Made by a program: the position numbers and the translations under genes. Below are positions 55,137 to 64,000 of a DNA stretch of 64,000 nt, in pieces. The DNA is from Cypionkella sp. (GTDB lineage Bacteria > Pseudomonadota > Alphaproteobacteria > Rhodobacterales > Rhodobacteraceae). The stretch is from contig JAXHON010000015.1 in the NCBI GenBank assembly GCA_034519315.1, positions 37,917 through 101,916 of the forward strand. The letters run 5' to 3'. Position 1 is the stretch's first letter; the number at the start of each line of letters is the position of its first letter. The notes beneath the pieces are model-generated. The model was not told the origin of the DNA and ran no database searches. It was given only the letters and a program-made list of their open reading frames with translations.

Positions 55137-56105
55137 TTAGCGCAGTTCTGCTGGAATGGTGATTCCGATTTCTTCGTAGTAGCGCACTGCACCTGGGTGG
55201 AACGGCATAAAGTTGTTCTTGTCCCAGTTTGCCGCCAAAGTTTCGACCGCAGAGGCGTGGATCTGCTTCATCCGCTCGTTGTCCTCCAGCACCAGCTTGG
55301 TAATTTCATATGCCAAGCTGTCGGGAATTGATGCGTTTGCGATGGCAAAGTTCCACATCGAAACGCTTGCCAAATCAGTATCTTGCCCTTTGTAAGTGCC
55401 TGCTGGGATCGTAAAGGCCGACATTGACGGCACCGCATCAAGGAACGACTTCACGTTGGCGTCGCTCATGGAAAGGAATGTCACGTCTTGCTCAACCGCA
55501 AGTTTGGTAAAAGCCCCCGTGGGCAGACCTGCTGCGAAAACAAAAGCGTCGATCAGCCCGTCACTCAACTGGCCCGCCGCGTCCGAAGCGCCAGAAAAGC
55601 TGGCTTCGACGGTCGTCCCAGAACCCGCAAAATAGCGCTGCCAATACGTCGCCGAAGTCCCTGAAGCTGGGCCCATGTTGACGCGTTTACCTGCCAGACC
55701 TTCCAGCGACGTGATCCCAGACGACGTCATAACAGCGGCTTGCAGCGGTGTCTGATACATGGGGAACAACGCGCGCAAATTGGCGGCTGAAACACCCGGC
55801 ATCAATTCGCTTTGTCCGCTCATGGCCTCTTGTGCGGGGCCCGTGGTGGTAAACCCGACAAGCGTTTCGCCTGAATCGACCAACACGACGTTTTGGCCAG
55901 GGCCACCCGTGACTTCGGCACTGGATGTCAAAGCCAGCTTTTCGCTGATCAACCCTGCAAGACCCGATCCCCAGACGAAATAGGCACCGCCCTGCGATCC
56001 TGTGGAAATGCTTAGACTGGCGGGCCAGCCTTCACGATCCTGCGCGGCAGCAGGAATTGCCGTGACCGCACCAGCAACAAGCGCTGCGAACATAGTCAAT
56101 TTCAT
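55137..56105 (-). CDS. TAXI-family TRAP solute-binding protein
   Basis: Signal peptide, TGSQGGAY, EVTGG, LRALFPMY, PFHPGAVRYYEE. Confidence 0.93.
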   Translation of the reverse strand: MKLTMFAALVAGAVTAIPAAAQDREGWPASLSISTGSQGGAYFVWGSGLAGLISEKLALTSSAEVTGGPGQNVVLVDSGETLVGFTTTGPAQEAMSGQSELMPGVSAANLRALFPMYQTPLQAAVMTSSGITSLEGLAGKRVNMGPASGTSATYWQRYFAGSGTTVEASFSGASDAAGQLSDGLIDAFVFAAGLPTGAFTKLAVEQDVTFLSMSDANVKSFLDAVPSMSAFTIPAGTYKGQDTDLASVSMWNFAIANASIPDSLAYEITKLVLEDNERMKQIHASAVETLAANWDKNNFMPFHPGAVRYYEEIGITIPAELR

Positions 56106-56208
56106 AGATGTTCTCCTCCCGTTATGATTTCGGCGCCATACTCCCGATGCGGCGCCGTCAATTTTTCGACTATGGCGGCACCAAGTTTCGGATGCAATGC
56201 AAAAAACA

Positions 56209-56229
56209 TTATATTCAATTTCGATATAA
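56209..56229. promoter_or_regulatory. LysR-type dyad upstream of TAXI genes
   Basis: TTATAT-N9-ATATAA; similar site at 57167-57187. Confidence 0.55.
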
Positions 56230-56230
56230 A

Positions 56231-57145
56231 TTACGCGGATGCTTCAATTTCAGACAGATGTTTTTCCAGTGTCCGCATCAGCGCGTCGCGTTTTGTATCG
56301 CGCGTATCCCTTGTCCATGCCGCAGCGAGAACAAGCTTTGACAATGTCCGCCCAGATGCAACGGCCAGTGGAACAAAGCGAACCCCAGAAACCGAGATGC
56401 GGGCAGTCCAACGTGGCACGATGGCAAGACCAGTTCCCGTGGCAACTAAATTCACTATAGTGTGTTTTTCCTCGGCCACTTGGGCAATGCGGGCGGTTAG
56501 GCCAGCATCCAAAAACAGTTTGATCGTCAAATCATGCGAATGCGGCCGCGAGCGCCTGTCGGGCACGATCAACGGCGCCTCTGCAAGATCGGTGATCGAA
56601 ATTTCAGCTTGACTGGCCAGTGGATGATCTGCGGGCAATGCAACCACGGCGGTTTCAAAGAACAACGTCCGAAAGTTGATGCGAGGATCGCGAATATCAG
56701 GTGGGCGACAGAAAATAATATCAAGGCTGCCACTTAACAATTTGGGCAACAGATGAATTGTCTTCTGCTCGATCAGTTGAACGTCAATATCGGGGTGTTC
56801 GGCCCGAAATCGTTGCAACAACTGCGGCATCAAACCTGCCGCTGCGCTGTCGATCACCCCAACTTTTAGCACATTACCCGCTAATTTTCGCAAACTGCTT
56901 AGGCGATCCGCCAGCTTGTCGGCCTGCGTCACCAGCGCACGGGCATCTTCCAAAATTGCAAACCCAGCCTCGGTCAAAACAACCGACCGCGTTGTTCGCA
57001 AAAACAGGCGTGTTTCCAGCCGCTCTTCCAGTATTCGGATCTGGCGGCCAAGCGATGCGGGCAACATATCCAAAGATTGGGCAGCACGGCCGAAATGCAT
57101 ATATTCTGCTACAGCAAGAAAGCACTTCAATTGGCTTGTATCCAT
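56231..57145 (-). CDS. LysR-family regulator (TtuA-like by position)
   Basis: QLKCFLAVAEYMHFGRAA, LFLRTTRSV; divergent from tartrate dehydrogenase. Confidence 0.92.
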   Translation of the reverse strand: MDTSQLKCFLAVAEYMHFGRAAQSLDMLPASLGRQIRILEERLETRLFLRTTRSVVLTEAGFAILEDARALVTQADKLADRLSSLRKLAGNVLKVGVIDSAAAGLMPQLLQRFRAEHPDIDVQLIEQKTIHLLPKLLSGSLDIIFCRPPDIRDPRINFRTLFFETAVVALPADHPLASQAEISITDLAEAPLIVPDRRSRPHSHDLTIKLFLDAGLTARIAQVAEEKHTIVNLVATGTGLAIVPRWTARISVSGVRFVPLAVASGRTLSKLVLAAAWTRDTRDTKRDALMRTLEKHLSEIEASA

Positions 57146-57166
57146 GATGCCAATCCCCCCCCCATT

Positions 57167-57187
57167 TTATCGCGTTTTTGTATATAA
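57167..57187. promoter_or_regulatory. LysR-type dyad in the LysR/ttuC divergent region
   Basis: TTATCG-N9-ATATAA. Confidence 0.55.
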
Positions 57188-57340
57188 TCTTCTATCAATT
57201 GAGATGTCGAGGCCCGTCACTCTATGCTGGCAGACGACTACCGCGCGAAAGCGTCCAAAATGGCGTTGCAAATGGCACATTTGGCGAAGCAGCCATTGCA
57301 GCGTTGCCGCGAAAAGTGACTGAAAAAGGAACGGGCTTAG

Positions 57341-58414
57341 ATGAAAAACTACAAAATTGCCGCAATTCCCGCTGACGGAATCGGCCCCGAAGTGATTGCA
57401 GCTGGGCTTCAGGCCCTTGAGGCCCTTGAACGCCGTGATGGCAGTTTCAAGCTGGATGTCACCAGCTTTGACTGGGGGTCAGAGCGCTATCGCAAGACGG
57501 GCACGATGATGCCCGAAGATGGCCCCCAGCAACTTAAGGCATTTGATGCAATCTTCTTTGGTGCCGTCGGTGCGCCAGATGTTCCCGACCATATCACCTT
57601 GTGGGGGCTGCGTCTGCCGATTTGCCAAGGGTTTGACCAATATGCGAACGTGCGGCCAACCCGCATCTTGCCGGGCATCCAGTCGCCGCTTGCGGGTGTC
57701 GGCCCTGGTGATCTGGATTGGGTCATCGTGCGTGAAAACTCTGAAGGCGAGTATTCTGGTCATGGCGGGCGCGCGCACAAGGGGCTGCCAGAGGAAGTGG
57801 CGACAGAGGTGGCAATTTTTACCCGCGTCGGTGTCACCCGCATCATGCGCTACGCTTTTCGTTTGGCACAGTCGCGCCCGCGAAAGTTTCTGACCGTGGT
57901 GACCAAGTCTAATGCCCAGCGGTTTGGCATGGTCATGTGGGATGAAATCGCAGCCGAAGTGTCAAAGGAATTTCCCGATGTGACATGGGACAAGATGCTG
58001 GTCGATGCGATGACTGTGCGCATGGTCAAGAATCCGCGCAGCCTTGACACTATTGTTGCAACAAACCTGCATGCCGATATTCTTTCCGATCTTGCGGGCG
58101 CCTTGGCGGGCAGCCTTGGCGTTGCCCCGACCGCAAACATTGATCCCGAGCGCCGCTTTCCGTCCATGTTCGAGCCGATCCACGGCTCGGCCTTTGACAT
58201 CACGGGCAAGGGCATTGCCAACCCTGTCGCCACCTTTTGGACCGCCGCGCAAATGCTAGAGCATCTTGGCGAAACCGCAGCAGCCGCGCGGCTGATGCGC
58301 GCGGTCGAAAAGGTCTGCGCCGACGGGCTTATGACGCCAGATGTTGGCGGCAAGGCCACAACGCAGCAAGTGACCGATGCGGTCTGTGAGGCCATTCGGA
58401 TGGAGAATATCTGA
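57341..58414 (+). CDS. ttuC: Tartrate dehydrogenase/decarboxylase (D-malate dehydrogenase family)
   Basis: DGIGPEV, PDHITLWG, RENSEGEY, TKSNAQ, MFEPIHGSAFDI. Confidence 0.9.
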   Translation: MKNYKIAAIPADGIGPEVIAAGLQALEALERRDGSFKLDVTSFDWGSERYRKTGTMMPEDGPQQLKAFDAIFFGAVGAPDVPDHITLWGLRLPICQGFDQYANVRPTRILPGIQSPLAGVGPGDLDWVIVRENSEGEYSGHGGRAHKGLPEEVATEVAIFTRVGVTRIMRYAFRLAQSRPRKFLTVVTKSNAQRFGMVMWDEIAAEVSKEFPDVTWDKMLVDAMTVRMVKNPRSLDTIVATNLHADILSDLAGALAGSLGVAPTANIDPERRFPSMFEPIHGSAFDITGKGIANPVATFWTAAQMLEHLGETAAAARLMRAVEKVCADGLMTPDVGGKATTQQVTDAVCEAIRMENI

Positions 58415-58416
58415 CA

Positions 58417-59674
58417 GTGACCCCGACCAACGCCCGCGCGCTGCTGCGTCAGATGCTGGATGCAGCCATTATAGCTGCTGATCCCGCACAGGTTTTGGCG
58501 CGGCATCTGCCGGACAAACCCAGCGGGCGTTGCATCGTGGTGGGGGCGGGAAAATCCGCCGCCGCCATGGCACTGGCCTTAGAAAAGGCTTGGCCAGATG
58601 TGGATTTGACGGGCGTGGTCGTCACGCGCTATGGCCACGCGGCCCCAACGCGCCGCATCATCGTGCGCGAGGCAGCCCATCCCGTGCCAGATGCGGCGGG
58701 CGAGGCCGCTGCAAGAGAAATTCTGCAAACCGTGCAAAGCGCTGTTGCAGGCGATCTTGTCCTTGTCCTGATCTCGGGGGGCGGCTCGGCGTTGATGCCC
58801 TTGCCAAAATCACCGCTGACGCTGGCCGATAAAATGGACGTAAACCGCCTGCTATTGAAATCGGGGCTAAACATTGCGGACATGAACCGTGTCCGTCGCC
58901 GTTTGTCGCAAATCAAAGGGGGCGGGCTGGCGCGCGCTGCTGGCGCGGCACGGCTGGTGACGCTGGCGATTTCCGATGTGCCGGGGGATGACCCAGCCGC
59001 CATCGCTTCGGGCCCGACGGTGCCTGACCCCTCGGCGGCGGATGATCTATCGCCGCTTGTCGCGCGGCTGGGCCAAGCCTTGCCCAAGGCTGCGCGTGAC
59101 ATCCTTCTTGCCGTGCCCGATCCTGCCTTGGCGTTTGTGCCAGACTACCGCCTGATCGCCACACCGCAGATGTCCCTTATGGCCGCCGCCGCAGTTGCAC
59201 GCGCCGCGGGCATCACGCCTGTCATATTGGGCGACGCGCTGGAGGGAGAGGCGCGTGAGTTGGGCATCGTGATGGCGGGCATTGCAAAAGCTGCGGCCGC
59301 CCACGGCACCCCTGCCCCAGCGCCCATTGTCCTGTTATCGGGCGGTGAAACCACTGTGACAATTGGCGACAAAACGCCGGGTCGAGGCGGCAGAAATACT
59401 GAATTTCTGCTGTCGCTTGCCGTTGCGCTAAGGGGACATGATCGCATCTACGCCCTTGCGGCCGATACCGACGGCATCGACGGCTCTGAAGATGCGGCAG
59501 GTGCGCTGATCGACCCCGATACTCTTGTGCGCGTGCAAGGCTGCGGATTTGGATGCACAACATTTCTTGGCAGCGCATGACAGCTACAGCCTTTTCGACA
59601 AAACGGGCGATCTGATCCGCACGGGGCCTACGCTTACCAATGTGAACGACTTTCGTGCCATTCTGGTGCTTTGA
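58417..59674 (+). CDS. ttuD: Glycerate 2-kinase, MOFRL family (frameshift near ~59535)
   Basis: GAGKSAAAMA, AAHPVPD, ISGGGSAL, SGGETTV, GGRNTE, DTDGIDG; tail TGPTLTNVNDFRAILVL* read manually. Confidence 0.88.
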
Positions 59675-59776
59675 CGCCTTTTTTATGTCTCGCGCTAAAA
59701 GTGATCGAACTGGCCACGGCGCGCGTGCAGTTCGCCTGCAAAAAACACCCAAACCAGCGTGACCAACACAGGTATT

Positions 59777-60730
59777 CTAAAGCCGCCCCAGCGCCGCGGC
59801 AAAGGCGCGGATGGCAGGGCTATCGGTATGCTCGCTTTGAAGATAGCCCAGCGGCCTAAGCGGCGAGGTCATCGGCGTGTCTAAGGCGACCACCGCGCCT
59901 GACATTATCCAAGGCAGCGCAGCCGAGCGTGGGATCAACGCCAGAAAACGCCCGTTGGCCAGCATCTCAAATGTCAGGCTGGGTATGTGCATGACAATAG
60001 CGCAGCGCAGCGCGTCTGGCCAACCGTGCGTGCTGGCAAAATCTTCGAACCTTGTGCGCGCAACGGAACCGACACGGTTCAGCAGCCATCGCGATTGCGC
60101 CAGATCGTCCAAGGTGACGCTGTCTTTGCGCGACAGGGCATGTGCATGACCACAGACCACAACCAAGGCATCGTCAAGGCAGCGCTGAAAAATCCACCCC
60201 TTTGGCACGACATCGGTTTCCCGCAGACAAAGCAGATCGCAGCGATTCTCGGCCAGTTGCGCGAAAGGGTCAGAACCGCCGGCTTCGCTGATATTCATGT
60301 GCACGCGCGGATGTTTCTCGGCGAATTTCGGGACAGCGGCATGCAACAGGCCACCTATCGCAGCAGGCGTCGCGGCCACCCGCACAACTCCGCCGTATTC
60401 GTCTTGTTTTGCTGCGACCACTTCGGCGCTATCGCCCAAAGCATCAAGGATGCGCGCGGCGATGGGCAAAAGATCCAGCGCCAGACGGGTCGAATGCACG
60501 CCGCGCGCGTGGCGCAAAAACAGTTGCGCGCCCATCAGCGTTTCCAGTTCCGCCACCAGTTGCGTCACCGCAGGTTGGGTGATGCCGATGGCCTCGGCGG
60601 TGCGGCGCATGGTCTGCAACTCGGCCAGTTTGACCAGCACTTGCAGGTGGCGAAACTTGGCTTTGGCGGTAAAGCGGTGCAGCAGGACTGTGGCGTTTTG
60701 CGGCATTCTGGACCTCGGGTCGGTTTGCAT
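59777..60730 (-). CDS. LysR-family regulator
   Basis: KFRHLQVLVKLAE...ITQPAVTQLVAELE...LFLRHARG. Confidence 0.9.
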   Translation of the reverse strand: MQTDPRSRMPQNATVLLHRFTAKAKFRHLQVLVKLAELQTMRRTAEAIGITQPAVTQLVAELETLMGAQLFLRHARGVHSTRLALDLLPIAARILDALGDSAEVVAAKQDEYGGVVRVAATPAAIGGLLHAAVPKFAEKHPRVHMNISEAGGSDPFAQLAENRCDLLCLRETDVVPKGWIFQRCLDDALVVVCGHAHALSRKDSVTLDDLAQSRWLLNRVGSVARTRFEDFASTHGWPDALRCAIVMHIPSLTFEMLANGRFLALIPRSAALPWIMSGAVVALDTPMTSPLRPLGYLQSEHTDSPAIRAFAAALGRL

Positions 60731-60841
60731 CAGATTGGCGCGGCGCGCGGCCAATGGCAAATGCTTATCGGCAGGCGGCAAAGGTTATTTTTTCACCTAT
60801 GCCATGAAAGCTAAACTAAAGCTGACATTTCAGGAGGCCCC

Positions 60842-61717
60842 ATGCCGTTACAAATCCCGTTCGAAGCGCTGATCCCCTCCACGACAAGCCTGCCGAACGG
60901 CGTGTCGCTGGCCCATGTTCGCGCTGGATCAGGGCCTGTGCTGGTCTTCATCCATGGCGCAATGGGCGACTGGCGGTCTTGGGAGCCGCAATGGGCGGCC
61001 TTCACAGCACAGTATGATTGCATCAGCTACAGCCGCCGCTACAGCCATCCCAACCCCAACACGATGCCATCGCCCGATCACAGCGCGCTTATCGACGCCG
61101 AAGATTTGCTGGGTCTGCTGGATGCGCTGGCGATCTCGCGTGCGATCCTTGTGGGCAGTTCCTATGGCGGGTTCACGGCGTTGGCGGCGGCAGTGCGCGC
61201 ACCCGAAAAGGTGGCGGCGCTCGTCGCGGTAGAGCCACCGATGATGCGCTACGCCCGCATGAGCGACGAAGGCCGTCGCATTGCCGATGATTTTCATGCC
61301 CGTTGCGCCGGCCCCGCCCGCGACGCTTTTGCGCGTGGGGATGATATTGCTGGCGCGATGATCCTCAGCGGTGGCATTGCCAATCGCCCAGCGGGTTCTG
61401 TCACCGCCCAGTCCATGGGCCCACGCCTGCAAAACATCCTTGCAGCCAAGCGATTGGCGTTGTCTTCGGACGAATTTCCCCTGCTAGAGCCCGCAGCATT
61501 GGCTGCGCTGCCGATGCCCGTGCTTTTGATGTCGGGCGCGCAGACAGCACCCGTGCATGCCGCAATCTTCGGCGCTGTGCGCACGGCCATGCCGCAGGCA
61601 CAAGCGCGGATCGTCGAGGGCAGCGGGCATTCCGTCTCGCGCCAGCGCTCTGATGTGTTTAACACCGAGGCTTTGGCGTTTCTAGACGAGGTTCTGACCC
61701 AGCCAGCACAGGGCTGA
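60842..61717 (+). CDS. Alpha/beta-fold hydrolase
   Basis: VFIHG, GSSYGG nucleophile elbow, GSGH catalytic His region. Confidence 0.88.
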   Translation: MPLQIPFEALIPSTTSLPNGVSLAHVRAGSGPVLVFIHGAMGDWRSWEPQWAAFTAQYDCISYSRRYSHPNPNTMPSPDHSALIDAEDLLGLLDALAISRAILVGSSYGGFTALAAAVRAPEKVAALVAVEPPMMRYARMSDEGRRIADDFHARCAGPARDAFARGDDIAGAMILSGGIANRPAGSVTAQSMGPRLQNILAAKRLALSSDEFPLLEPAALAALPMPVLLMSGAQTAPVHAAIFGAVRTAMPQAQARIVEGSGHSVSRQRSDVFNTEALAFLDEVLTQPAQG

Positions 61718-61719
61718 GG

Positions 61720-63006
61720 TCAGCTCATCATCAGATCGGGCAGCCAAGTTGACAGGGCTGGGAAGAACGTCACCAGCAAAAGCAAGACCAGCATCAGCAG
61801 GAAGAACGGCACAGTGCCGCGCAAAACCTCGGCAACGGGGCGGCCTGTGACGTTCGACATGACAAACAGGTTTAGCCCGACTGGCGGCGACAGCAGCGCC
61901 AGTTCAATATTGATGACCATGATGACCGCGAAATGCGTCATGTCGATCCCAAGTTCACGAACGACAGGGGCAACCACTGGCAATACGATCAAGATGATCG
62001 CCACCCCTTCAAGGAACATGCCCATCACCAGCAGGACCGCATTGATAATCAACAAGAATTGCCATGCCTCAAGATTGCTGTCCACCACCATTTGCGCAAA
62101 GGCTTGCGGCACGCCCGAGCGGATAATCCATGCAGACAGCAGCGTAGCGCCCATAATGATCAGGATGACAACGGCGGTGCGGTCGATCGCCTCGGTGAAC
62201 AGTCGCACGATTTCGCGCGGGTTGGCGGTGCGGTAAACGAACAGCACGACGACCAAGGCGATCAACGCGCCCAGCACCGCAGCCTCTGTCAGGGTGACAA
62301 ATCCGCCATAAATACCGCCCAACACCACCAGCGGAATGGCAAACGCTGGCAGGGCGCGAATGTTGACAGACGCGAACTCGCGCAGGGGCACCATAGGTTC
62401 GGCACCGCCGCCATATTTGTGGGCGCGCAGCAAGATATAACCGATGAACAGCCCCGCCTGCAAAAGCCCGGGCACAACGCCGCCAAGGAAAAGGCGAGGG
62501 ATCGATTCTTCGGCGATCAGACCAAACAGCAACATCGGCAGGCTGGGCGGGATCAGAATGCCCAGCGTTCCCGCCGCCGCGGCAAGACCCATGGCAAAAG
62601 AGGGGGCATAACCGCGTTCCACCATCAGCGGCACAAGCAACGTTCCCATCGCCATGGCCGTGGCTGCCGATGATCCTGTAATTGCTGCGAAAACTGCCGT
62701 TGCGGCGACGCCCGCGATGGCCAACCCGCCGGGCAGCCAGCCGATCCAGGCCAGCGCCGCGCCGAACAGCACCTTGGCGATACCACCGCCGCGCATCAGC
62801 ACCGCTGCCAGCAAAAAGAACGGCACCGATACCAGAATGGGCGAATTCATGTGGTCCAGCATGTGCTGTCCCAGCCCGGCGACCGTCTTGCCGTCAAGGA
62901 GCAGCAGAACCCCTGCCGTGCCCGCCAAGACAATATAGATCGGCACGCCAACTGCCAGCAGAGCAAGCAGGGCGCACAGCCCCACGATCAAGATAACTGT
63001 GGTCAT
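61720..63006 (-). CDS. TRAP transporter large permease (DctM family)
   Basis: VPFFLLA, GSSAATA, GTLGILIPPS, GGIYGG, LSPPVGLNLFV. Confidence 0.94.
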   Translation of the reverse strand: MTTVILIVGLCALLALLAVGVPIYIVLAGTAGVLLLLDGKTVAGLGQHMLDHMNSPILVSVPFFLLAAVLMRGGGIAKVLFGAALAWIGWLPGGLAIAGVAATAVFAAITGSSAATAMAMGTLLVPLMVERGYAPSFAMGLAAAAGTLGILIPPSLPMLLFGLIAEESIPRLFLGGVVPGLLQAGLFIGYILLRAHKYGGGAEPMVPLREFASVNIRALPAFAIPLVVLGGIYGGFVTLTEAAVLGALIALVVVLFVYRTANPREIVRLFTEAIDRTAVVILIIMGATLLSAWIIRSGVPQAFAQMVVDSNLEAWQFLLIINAVLLVMGMFLEGVAIILIVLPVVAPVVRELGIDMTHFAVIMVINIELALLSPPVGLNLFVMSNVTGRPVAEVLRGTVPFFLLMLVLLLLVTFFPALSTWLPDLMMS

Positions 63007-63010
63007 GGGA

Positions 63011-63517
63011 TCAATCCGTCAGGTCGGGGCTGGTATCGGCCCGGGTTCCGGTGAAAATTCCGTAAAGACGTTGCAGGATGAACAGGCTGTGGACCGAAAA
63101 GCTGACACTCAGCGCCGCGTAATACATCCACATCGGAATGCGCAGCGTGCTTTCTGTCCGCTCGTCCCAGCGGATCGCATCTTGCACCACCTGCAAGCCC
63201 GCGTAGACAAAAAAGACCGACACAGCCAGCGCTGCCAAAAGGCCAAAAACTTCGGCCCGTGTTCGCATGCGCGCGCTGAAGTGGTCCAGCAGGAAATCAA
63301 CGCGGATATGCCCCGCGCGCCGTTCGACGCGGGCGACGCCAAGCAGCACCGCCCACACCGTTAGAAACACGACGACCTCGATGATCCAGTCCACCTGCAT
63401 CCCCACCGCGACATAGCGCGCGAAGACGCTGAATATCAGCAGGCTGAAACACAGACCAAGGATGGCGGCCGTCAGCCAGCCAATCGCCCAGTCGAGGCCG
63501 TCGAGCAGTCGGTTCAT
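63011..63517 (-). CDS. TRAP transporter small permease (DctQ family)
   Basis: Four TM segments, FARYV, W..EVV, GHIRVD. Confidence 0.92.
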   Translation of the reverse strand: MNRLLDGLDWAIGWLTAAILGLCFSLLIFSVFARYVAVGMQVDWIIEVVVFLTVWAVLLGVARVERRAGHIRVDFLLDHFSARMRTRAEVFGLLAALAVSVFFVYAGLQVVQDAIRWDERTESTLRIPMWMYYAALSVSFSVHSLFILQRLYGIFTGTRADTSPDLTD

Positions 63518-64000
63518 TTCACCGCAGCCTCTGCCAATTCCATGACGTCAGCAGGGATGGCAAGAGAGTCAACAAGTGCCTGTTGGCGTTCCAGCATCCG
63601 GGCGCGGGCTGCGGTGACCTGCTCAGCTGTGGCTTCGGCAAAGCTGACGCCTTGCCCTTGCAAGGTGGCCATACCTGCGGCCTCGTTATCAAGGATGCCG
63701 GCGCGCTGTTCGGGAACCACTTCATTCCAAGTGGCGGTGAACAGGGCCTGTTCGTCGGCCGTCAGGCTGGACCAATAGGACTTTCCAACGATCGGGATCA
63801 CATAGCCAACAATCCCTTGATCCCAGAACCCGTGACGGATGCCGTTATCGACCATATGCTGCGAAACCATGGTTTCGATGCTGCCCATCGTGCCATCGAC
63901 AACGCCTTGTTGCAGTGCCAGTGGCGTATCCGCAAAGGGCATGACGACCGCGTTGCCGCCCAATGATGCAAGGCGTTCGACATTTGCGGCGCCGCCTGGA
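63514..64000 (-). CDS. TRAP solute-binding protein (DctP family), 3' part only
   Basis: PGGAANVERLASLGGNAVVMPFADTPLALQQGVVDG; runs off window end. Confidence 0.88.
   Translation of the reverse strand, partial: PGGAANVERLASLGGNAVVMPFADTPLALQQGVVDGTMGSIETMVSQHMVDNGIRHGFWDQGIVGYVIPIVGKSYWSSLTADEQALFTATWNEVVPEQRAGILDNEAAGMATLQGQGVSFAEATAEQVTAARARMLERQQALVDSLAIPADVMELAEAAVK

Noticed and set aside
1-64000. Numerous antisense and alternative-frame ORFs; tRNA/rRNA genes
   Set aside because: Shadow ORFs are expected in high-GC DNA and overlap well-supported genes; no tRNA or rRNA signature was recognised by eye (no covariance search possible)

Overview
Chromosomal segment of a GC-rich alphaproteobacterium; gene content and order point to Rhodobacteraceae (inference). 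In order: glgP-glgB-glgC; copA/copZ; a small Q-rich ORF with a TfoX-C gene; ndk; ABC-F; a marC remnant; DUF2267; an aspartic protease; holC-pepA; lptF-lptG-lptD-surA-pdxA-rsmA; DUF4167-prmC-prfA; agmatinase and M20 amidohydrolase; mazG; an Fe(III)-binding protein; nucleoside hydrolase; a stand-alone phoR-like kinase; an AT-richer orphan; iolR-iolCDEB; coaD; CBS protein; LysR/mmsA; DUF2892; uvrA; rhodanese; Qor/HxlR; hemA; hemC. From ~51.9 kb there is a catabolic accessory block (IclR-like, TAXI-TRAP, LysR, tartrate dehydrogenase, glycerate kinase, LysR, alpha/beta hydrolase, TRAP). The sequence looks like an unpolished long read. Many conserved genes are frameshifted, and two tracts are probably not genuine: a G/A-rich tract at ~10.85-11.52 kb and a ~2.1 kb tract at ~17.65-19.78 kb containing scrambled human alpha-satellite motifs, including a perfect CENP-B box, where lptD should be. 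No rRNA, tRNA, CRISPR array, prophage or intact transposase was seen. I cannot demonstrate a new multi-gene system. The best leads are the 39-aa poly-Q '...DWAAI' peptide coupled to the TfoX-C gene, a TAXI-TRAP/tartrate unit linked by twin LysR-type boxes, the AT-rich ATP-grasp-like orphan, and two sulfur-handling genes with SqrR-type boxes flanking uvrA.
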